A stretch of 64,000 bases of DNA from Vitrella brassicaformis CCMP3155 (Eukaryota > Protista > Chromerida). The notes under the pieces were generated by a model, which did no database searches, had not been told where the DNA came from, and saw only the letters and a program-made list of their open reading frames with translations. The stretch covers positions 62,001-126,000 of the forward strand of contig CDMY01000405.1 of the NCBI GenBank assembly GCA_001179505.1, in the 5' to 3' direction. Both the position numbers and the translations under genes were made by a program. Below are positions 56,356 through 64,000 of this stretch, in pieces; the stretch's first letter is position 1; the number at the start of each line of letters is the position of its first letter.

Positions 56356-58116
56356 TTAGTTCCCAGCAGTGTGTGTGAGCGTGAAGTCATAGAAAGGCAG
56401 TGCCTGGGTCAGGCAGCTGTACACGTCATCCCCCTCTACATCGACATACACACACTTCACATCAACACGCACACCACCAACACTGCCATCACTTTCGCTG
56501 CCAGACAGCCACCTCAGCTCGCTCTGCTCCCTGGCCCGCCATGTGATGACCTTCCGAGCCGCTTGATCGCTAGGCAGACTCACAATCGACGAGACAGCCT
56601 CATGCACAGCATCAGCAGGTGTGTCGACTGTGGGGAGGTGGACCCGCAGCTCTCCTCGTATGTGCAGGTCGCTAGGCAAACGACGCGCCAGCAACGGCAG
56701 CAGGGCAAAGGTTGAGCAGTGCACTTGGAGCACTGACAGCGAATGCGGCGGCAGACACGCCAGAGCAGACACCACACTCTCCCCCACCCGCCCTGGCCTC
56801 TTCACACAGCTGAGGCTGTCCACTTCGCGGAGCACTAGATGAGTCAGCGACGTTCCTCCCACTGCACCAAATAGCGTCCTCAGCCCGTCTGTTCCTCCGT
56901 GTTCGCCTTGCCCATCCTTGTAGATGACTTCCAGCCGGGCAAGTGAAGGGAAGAGCGTCTTGGCATCGTTGCTGATTAGGAAAGCCGGCAGCGGCGCCAC
57001 AATGTCGCTGTAGTCGATAGTCATGGAAGTCGCCCCGCCGAATGACATCCCTTGCCACCGGCTCCTCGCTGCTGAAACGCCCTCCGTCTGCAGCCGATGC
57101 AGCCTCGCCATGTCTGCGCCCCTCATGCTGATGTGCACGGCCTGCGTCGCCATCCAGCGGATGAAGCCGATGACATCAGCATCTCGCTGCTCAAAGGGCA
57201 GCACCAGCAGCGCCGACACCATCTCCGGCACTGCCAGGTTCAGGACACACCTGGCATGTCTCGCCCCCATCCACAGCGCCGCCATAGCGCGGCAGAACGA
57301 CAGCAGCTGAGTCTCGCTATACCGGCAGCTGCTGAAGTCCGTCTCGATGTCGATCTCCTTGATAGCCGAGCCGCTGCTTCGACATCTGTTCGCTAGTTTT
57401 GCGATCTCGCCATCATCGATGGGGGCCGCTCGAATGCGGCCGATCTTGCGCAGATGACGTAGCTGCCAGAGGCCATTGAGCAGCGGCACGGGCGCCGGTC
57501 GGTGCCGCATCCGCCCGTCCTTGCCCACCTCAGCCGTCTCAGCCACCGCCACCTCCAGCACCGGAGCGTGAAGAGCACCAAACAGCCGCCCGTCCAACGA
57601 CGGAACGGCTATGTGAGTTGCAGCGGGCAGCCTCCACCGTCGCAGCAGAATGACCTGCCGCCACCCACGGCCGTCCAGATGCAGCGTGTGCAGCTTGGGG
57701 AAGACCACCTCTTCTCCCGCCACACAGGTGGTCGTCAAAGTGCCGAGAGCGGCCACCGAGTCCACAACGGTCACAGAGAGCCGCTCAATCGAGGTGGCGG
57801 TCTTCTCAAGCACCATGGCAAGCCACAGAGGGAATGAGGGAATGCGCAGATCTCCCCCAACACCATTGTCACCTCTAGTCAGTGGCAGCTTCAAACGAGC
57901 TTCGGTCACGCGTGAGAGAGGCAGTCGCTGGCAGCGGGGCCCGTCGATGCGCTGCCACAGACGGATCTCATCTTCGGCTATCCATAAGAGGGCAGGATTG
58001 AGGTCAGGTTGGCGGACAGACAGAAGTCGGGATGCATTTTCCAGCCGGATGGACTCGCACGTTGATAGGAACTTCAGCACAGACAGCAGAAGCTCACGGG
58101 CCAGCCTCAAAAGCAT
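56356..58116 (-). CDS. Intronless 586-aa protein with F-box-like N-terminus and degenerate LRR-like body
   Basis: Long uninterrupted ORF. MLLRLARELLLSVLKFLSTCESIRLENASRLL resembles an F-box. LRR-like units include FPKLHTLHLDG, FPSLARLEV and LTHLVLRE. Confidence 0.65.
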   Translation of the reverse strand: MLLRLARELLLSVLKFLSTCESIRLENASRLLSVRQPDLNPALLWIAEDEIRLWQRIDGPRCQRLPLSRVTEARLKLPLTRGDNGVGGDLRIPSFPLWLAMVLEKTATSIERLSVTVVDSVAALGTLTTTCVAGEEVVFPKLHTLHLDGRGWRQVILLRRWRLPAATHIAVPSLDGRLFGALHAPVLEVAVAETAEVGKDGRMRHRPAPVPLLNGLWQLRHLRKIGRIRAAPIDDGEIAKLANRCRSSGSAIKEIDIETDFSSCRYSETQLLSFCRAMAALWMGARHARCVLNLAVPEMVSALLVLPFEQRDADVIGFIRWMATQAVHISMRGADMARLHRLQTEGVSAARSRWQGMSFGGATSMTIDYSDIVAPLPAFLISNDAKTLFPSLARLEVIYKDGQGEHGGTDGLRTLFGAVGGTSLTHLVLREVDSLSCVKRPGRVGESVVSALACLPPHSLSVLQVHCSTFALLPLLARRLPSDLHIRGELRVHLPTVDTPADAVHEAVSSIVSLPSDQAARKVITWRAREQSELRWLSGSESDGSVGGVRVDVKCVYVDVEGDDVYSCLTQALPFYDFTLTHTAGN

Positions 58117-58223
58117 TTTCCTCTTTTCAAAAGGCGTGTTGCACTTTCTGGGTGTTGGAAATGGTGTGTCGGCCCGGGATAACCTCGGCTTAACCGGTTT
58201 CTCCCGCGAAGCTCGCCAGAGCG

Positions 58224-58260
58224 AAACCTAGGACCCCAAACCCTGAGCCGGCAAAACCCT
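58224..58260. promoter_or_regulatory. Telo-box-like motifs in the divergent F-box/YIPF promoter
   Basis: AAACCTA, AAACCCTG and AAAACCCT within 37 bp. Confidence 0.4.
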
Positions 58261-58281
58261 TCACTTCTCACCGCGGCAGCC

Positions 58282-60234
58282 ATGAAGCTTGAGGATGTGT
58301 CGCTTGACGACGGAGATCACCTCTACGATATGGACTTTCAGAACATGACCGATGGACACAATTTCTTCTCCGCCAAGCCGGCTGCCGGCCTTCAGGGCGG
58401 GCAGCTTAATGGCGTCGGCTCGAGCCTGTCGGCCTCCATGACGCAGACGCAGCCCAGCAGCATACAGCCGCCGAACGGTGCTGACCAACTGCAGTTCCAA
58501 AGTAAGCAGGCCAGGACAGATCACACACACACACACAGGGAGTCTCGTCTCTGTCTGCAACTGTCCGTCTGTGTGCGCTGCTGTGTGTGCGCTGTGCAGC
58601 CTTCCCCAGCACGCAGAATGGCTACCTGCCACAAGACGACGAACTCACCCGAGGTGGGCGGAGCGGCTGCTGCAGGACCACCCACCATCTGTCTGTCTGT
58701 CTGTCTTGAACGGTGTCTGCTGCTGTGCAGATGGCGCCAGCGAGCGCGGCGGCCTCTTATCCGAAATGGATGGGGGAAAAGGTGACTGACGCTTGGACAC
58801 ACCCACCATTGGACGAGCTACGCACATTTGATATCGGTGTGTGTCTGTGTGGCCCGTCCGTCGTATGCAGGAGGGTCGCTTCTTCCCGGCGGAGCGTCCT
58901 CGGGGGCCGCCTACCCGTGGCAAGTGCACTACTGGACGGTAGCTGACACACACGCACCGACACACACAAAGACAGACAGGCAGCCGCTCACAGGCTCTCT
59001 GACCGACCGACGCATAGCTGCTCTTATGTATCTATGGTGTGTGTCATATATGTGTCTGTCGTGGCTACTTTTCCTTCTTGCAGGCTTACTTTGACGTGTC
59101 GACCAAAGACGTGTTGGAGCGCGGCAAGCTGGTGCTGACCTGGCCGACGCACCAGCGGACGTTCTTCTCGACACTGATATCCTACCCCGAGCTGTGGGGA
59201 CCCACATGGATATCAGCCACGCTCTCACTCGCCATCGGTGCGTGAGGCAAGGCGGAAAAGGCGGAGACAGCGTGCCTGTAAGTAGCGTGTGTGTGTGTGT
59301 TTTTCTTGTGAGTGCAGCTGTGTCGAGCAACTGGGCGGCGTTCCTGATGTTTGTGCCTGACCGGACTGACATCCACTCCAACATCGTCTACTGGACAAAA
59401 GACTTCAACGTGCTCTGGGTGAGCGACTGAGATGAGTCAAGGAGAATATACTCTGCAGCTGCCTAACCGTGTCTGTCTGTGTGTGTCTGGCTGTCTGTGT
59501 GCGTGTGTACGATACGTATCACCCAGGGCAGTGGCGTGTTGATATTTCTGTGCCTGTTGGGTCATCCCCTCTTCGTGTGGACACTCATGCTGCTCAAGGG
59601 TGACTGAATGAGATGGCTTGGCTTGGCACGGCCGCGGGCACATGTGTAGATAGCTGCTGCACCTGTCTGCCAGGTCGGCGCATTGGGTACATCAGGTTGG
59701 TGTCGCTGATGGGCTATGCCCTCCTGCCGATGCTCCCAGCAACGGTGGGTGCGTCAGTCAGAGGCAGGCAGACAGGCGCGGTCGAGGGCTGGCTGTCTCA
59801 CTCACTGTGTCTGTCCTTCATTCACTATCTTGGTGTGCAGCTGTTTTGTTGGGCGCCTGTGCTGCTGTCTTCTTTTCGCCTGACGTCCACCTACCCGGTG
59901 GCAGCATTGCAATGGGTACACACACACACACAGAGAGAGAGACATCCGACGGCACATAAGGAGGTGGTGTATGTGTGCAGGTGCTCCTGTTGGCGGGCTG
60001 TGTGTATTCTGGCGGCTTCCTCGTCAAGAACCTCAAAGCAGACCTCGACAAGGAGGGCGACAACACACTCCAGTGAGCAATTGCTGCCTCCAGATAGATC
60101 GCCTCACCATGTTTCTGTCTTGTCTTGTGTGTCGCTGGATTTTGGCGTGTGTCAGGTTCAAGGTGCTTGGGGGTACTGCGGTCATGTATGTGCTGATGCT
60201 CCTCCTGCTCAAGTTTTATTTCTTCGCCTTGTAG
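58282..60234 (+). CDS. YIPF1: Yip1-domain Golgi membrane protein (YIPF1/YIPF2-like)
   Basis: AYFDVSTKDVLER, PELWGPTWISATLSLAIG, DFNVL, LVSLMGYAL and terminal LLLKFYFF*. Confidence 0.85.
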
Positions 60235-61879
60235 GGGCGAAGGTCTGCCTGTGTTGATGTGTGGCTCGGCTGGGGCAGGTGTGTGTCAATGTCAATAGGT
60301 GACGTCACTGACGGAGTGATCAGCCAGTTGGATGCGACAACTGGACATGACCGTGGCTGATCCGTGTGTGTGTCATGTGAATTAAAAAAGGGACGGTGGG
60401 AAGGACACCAGTGCTCTGTATGGTGGTGGGTAAAGGCATGCATTGCGAGAGGGAACCCGGCTATTTTGACCCTCAGCAGCGTTAGTTAGGATGTGTTTGT
60501 AGCAGTGCATCACACTACCACTGTCCGCATGCAAATGCCGGCAAGAGCCCACCACACACACACACAGGCGGGCCGCAGACCACCAGCGACAACACAGGAG
60601 TCCGACGCAGCCCTCACACTTTTCCACCCCCATGGATACATGTGGGCAGAGGAGTGCGCAGGCAGCGAGAGAGTCGTGTGTATCACGCTATGACGGCCCG
60701 CCCCCCATGGTCGAAAGAAGGCAGTCTGGTGAGGCCAACAAAAACGGAGACACAGTTGTGGAAAAGAAGAGAGTGCGGCCAGGGAAGGACAAGAGTCCGT
60801 GTCAGAGATAGATCGGTCAACGGCATTCGGTTGCCGTACTCTCAGCATCAGTCAGTGAGTCAGTGAGAAAGGCGAGACATCATTGTGTCACAGATCGGCC
60901 CACCTATGCACACACCACACCTGTCTGTCTCTATGCATCCCCACCTCTCACATCCCGCCCAGACATGTGTGTCGCCATCGCTCACTCATCGTCAGCACTT
61001 CCCGCTGACTCCCTTCTGCCTACGCAGACGGATCGTCATAGTGAGCGTCTCCCTGCTGACGGGAGACGCTCACTACAGCCACCCGACAAGCCCAGGATGA
61101 AAGGGAACCAACAGAGAAGACACAACGACTTTTTGTGTCAGTGCACTACGCAGCCCCTCACGCTGGCCCAACACGCGCCTCTCGCCTCTGTGTCGACCGT
61201 CTCTGAAGCCAAACCACTTGGTTGCCCCATTCCGTGTTTTAGACGAAACAGTGCCGCCAAGATGCACGGCTTCGCAGACACCCGTACACACTTGAGAGGA
61301 AGGCAGAAGGGCAACACTCCATTGAACAGACACCTCTCCATCCATGAGCCTTAGCCTAGATCCCGCCACCCCAAAATTCCCGACCCACAACACGCAACAC
61401 AACGCCGCCATCTTGTTGCCACCCCTTCCCCCTCTCCGTTTGGCAGGTGAGAACGCTCCAGACCACAAAGTGAAGACGAGGTCAGACAGGCAGCCAGACA
61501 GCCAGTGTGAGTAGCAAGTAGGAGGGCAGCCAGACGTGTGTCGTCTCATTTGGTGTGGTGCGGTGCATGCCATGCTAGAAGGCTCAAACGAAACGGCCAC
61601 CACACACGCAAGAGAAATACTGACCCCCTGAACCGAACCCCTCAACCTACCCACTGCACCCACTTCGTAAAACAAAAAACTTGGAATGAATCGAACCAGA
61701 AGGTTGCTAGTGACCCCCCCTGTGGGCCATCCCCCCATCCCTCTCACTGTACACAGCCACATACACACATGACGTCCATCCCCTACCCCACTCTCAGTCA
61801 CTCACAGCGCTACGAATTGCCCGCCGAATGTGTGTCTGTCTGTGTTCCCCTGCTAGTGGTGTGGTGACGTGTGCGGTGC

Positions 61880-62712
61880 TCACTGCCGGCCCTCGATGAT
61901 GTCCTTGACCCTCCACCAGGCGCCTCCCAGCTTGACGTTGTTGTAGCCAGCCTGCTGCAGGGCCTTGGTCGCCATCGACGAACGCACGCCCTCCCTGCAC
62001 ACAGCAACCACACAAACAACGGGCATTGGGCGTCCCCAGCGTCTTGGATGTCAGGTGCTGAGGCGGGGCCCACCAGCAGAAGACGACAATCTCGGTGTCC
62101 TTGTCAATAAGGGGCCCCCCCGAGGCGGCCGCCACGGGCTGGTGGGCGTTCAGGGTGCTCACCAATACCGGCATGGGCATGTTCAGGGCACCCGGAGCGC
62201 TGCACGCAACACACACAGAGTGGACAGTCAGAGCTCTTGTGGCCGTGTCTCCGCTTCCTGTGGGCGCCTCACCTGCCGCGCTGGTACTCGCTGGGAGTCC
62301 TGACATCCAGGAGCACGGCGCCCTTCTCGTAGTCCTTGAGGATGTCGTCAGCAGTGGCCACGGGCGGCGTCCAGAGGTAGAGTGCCATGGCGGTAGCGAC
62401 GGCCATGAGCGGCAGGTAGTCCATGTAGGAGGCCTTGCCCGTCGTCAGCTGGTAGGCGTCCCACTCGGGCGTGTAGGGCTCGAAGGTCGGGATGGCGCTC
62501 TCGAGGCCTGGCTTGGGGAACATGATGGTCTCGGTGCTGGACCAGGGGTGGTACATGGTCATGCCCTGCCGGCTGCTGGGGGGGGCGTGGCGCTTGTGGA
62601 GGCGCTGGAGCGGCTTGCTGACGGGACTCACAAACGCTGCATCGTCAAGGACAGCCGCACGGCACGCCAGCGGAGAGATCAGCAAGATGGCAGCGAGCAC
62701 GGAAGTCATCAT
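61880..62712 (-). CDS. Single-domain rhodanese with signal/transit-like leader and a hydrophobic segment (3 exons)
   Basis: MMTSVLAAILLISPLACRA...AAFV leader, YLPLMAVATAMALYLW, AVLLDVRTPSEYQRG|SAPGALNMP and IVVFC|WEGVRSSMATKALQQAGYNNV...GG. Stop at 61880-61882. Confidence 0.85.
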
Positions 62713-62820
62713 GATGTACGAGAATGAGGCGGAGTGGCGGAGGAGGCTGACAAACTATTCCCAAGTGGCGATTCCGGTTCTGTCTGCTGACCAGTGATTG
62801 TGGGTGTTTCCGCGGATATG

Positions 62821-62842
62821 AAACCCTAGACCCTAAGCCCTA
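62821..62842. promoter_or_regulatory. Telo-box cluster in the rhodanese/secreted-protein divergent promoter
   Basis: AAACCCTAGACCCTAAGCCCTA contains a canonical AAACCCTA and two further CCCTA units. Confidence 0.55.
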
Positions 62843-62852
62843 CGGATCTGCG

Positions 62853-63519
62853 ATGTCGTTGATTTTCTGGATCCTTCCAGTGCTGCTACTGCTCTCTCGA
62901 TGCGCTGCCTTGCAGCACGCGAAGGTTCTGCACTCGAAATCGCTGTTTGCAAAGGTACTAGTACTCAGCGTGATGCCATATGATGCCGCTCTTTTGTGGT
63001 GTGTTCGCAGGCCCAGGGGAAGATCAATGACACTACAGGCACCGATGGCCGATGGAAGCAGGCCCCCGGTGACTTCCACAGTGCGGTCCAAGGAATGGTA
63101 TGTACGATTGCAACAGACACGGAAGACACGGACAGTGTGGGACATCCCTGCCTTGTCGGGCGTGTGTGTGCTTGATAGACAGGTGCGTTTGAGGGAGACC
63201 GCCCTTCACAGGTCTGGCAGGGCGATGGCTGGCTCGTCGATGGCGAGAGAGTCGGCAACACATGCACGGTAATCAAGAAGGACGGGCAGGCGTAGATCTA
63301 CTTAACCAATTCCTGGCGTAGATGTGGTGACTGTGTTCGGTTCATATTGTTTCCCCAGCTGCCTCGCTGCATGGTGGAGTGCATTCAGTCCGTGTCGTGC
63401 CTCGAGAGCATGTGCAGCAGTCCCACATACAAGTGCAAGGACTCCGACTACAACACACCCTACGACCGGTGCTGCAAGGTACCCAATGCATCCATCCATC
63501 CATCCATCCATCCATCCAT

Positions 63520-63552
<33 letters not shown>

Positions 63553-64000
63553 CTGCCCATCTGCCCAGCGTTCGAGCGCACCAGCTGTCCCTGCATCCAC
63601 GGCCCCTCCGACGCCCACAAGACCACCTCCAAGTCCGTCTGCAGGCCCGATTGTGACGGCACCGCCTGTGGTCGATAAGGCCCCTCCTGCGGTCACCACG
63701 GCTGCCCCCTTGGTCATTGGGATTGGAGGGACAAGAACGGTATCAGGCCAGAGCAGCCAGAGCATGATGACAGATGACGTCATGTGTTGCTCTGTTATTC
63801 GGTCTCGTCAGGGCGGAGGGAGGCCCATCCATCGGGCATTGTCAAAGCGTATGGGGCACTTAGAGCCATTGCAGGTGGAGGGGAGGAGGGGCAGGATGGT
63901 AAACAATGGATAGATAGTTCAGCATTGCCTGACTGTCTGCATCCATACATGCATGGCAGACAGGCAGGCACATGGCCAATCCTTCGAGGAGACAGGGAGA
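62853..64000 (+). CDS. Predicted secreted Cys-rich protein with Pro/Thr-rich region; 3' partial
   Basis: Signal peptide MSLIFWILPVLLLLSRCAA. Exons include AQGKINDTTGTDGRWKQAPGD, AFEGDRPSQVWQGDGWLVDGERVGNTCT, LPRCMVECIQSVSCLESMCSSPTYKCKDSDYNTPYDRCCK and a PAST-rich segment. Confidence 0.6.

Larger units (their letters stand above)
684..63550. repeat. Pervasive intronic microsatellites: (CA/TG)n, (GACA)n, (CAGT)n, (CATC)n, (CACAA)n
   Basis: Present in most introns, e.g. 884-911, 1382-1420, 1484-1511, 3612-3642, 13320-13345, 25620-25685 and 63487-63548. Confidence 0.95.

Noticed and set aside
60240-61870. 1.6-kb convergent intergenic region searched for ncRNA or a small gene
   Set aside because: No tRNA/snRNA-like structure or consistent exon chain found; likely 3' UTRs.

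Overview
GC-rich, intron-dense eukaryotic DNA. Introns are full of (CA)n, (GACA)n, (CATC)n and (CAGT)n microsatellites, and several genes carry plastid-type bipartite leaders; this style is most consistent with a chromerid alga such as Vitrella (inference). About 22 protein-coding loci could be assembled by joining GT-AG exons by hand; exon boundaries are manual and approximate. In order: PAS-like protein (runs off the left edge), mitochondrial CxxC-less thioredoxin-fold protein, plastid SET-domain protein, INTS4-like HEAT protein, DDX1, plastid NusG (NGN+KOW) with a long acidic tail, Hikeshi/OPI10, Rv2258c-like methyltransferase, frameshifted ankyrin gene, a 25.4-31.6 kb patchwork of direct and inverted duplications carrying a degraded MCM6 C-terminal fragment, UVR-motif coiled-coil protein, MIOX, helical/RING protein, DUF72 fusion gene, HAD-like protein, dymeclin, intronless F-box-like ORF, YIPF1-like, rhodanese and a secreted Cys-rich protein (runs off the right edge). 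The best candidate for a new system is a fully in-frame spliced DUF72 (UPF0759) enzyme fused to two UIMs and a UBX domain (44927-47518), head-to-head with a RING protein gene. Also notable: nine head-to-head gene pairs, and a ~48-bp hairpin element shared by two gene-upstream regions. There are two 300-N assembly gaps. No rRNA, tRNA or CRISPR array was recognised.
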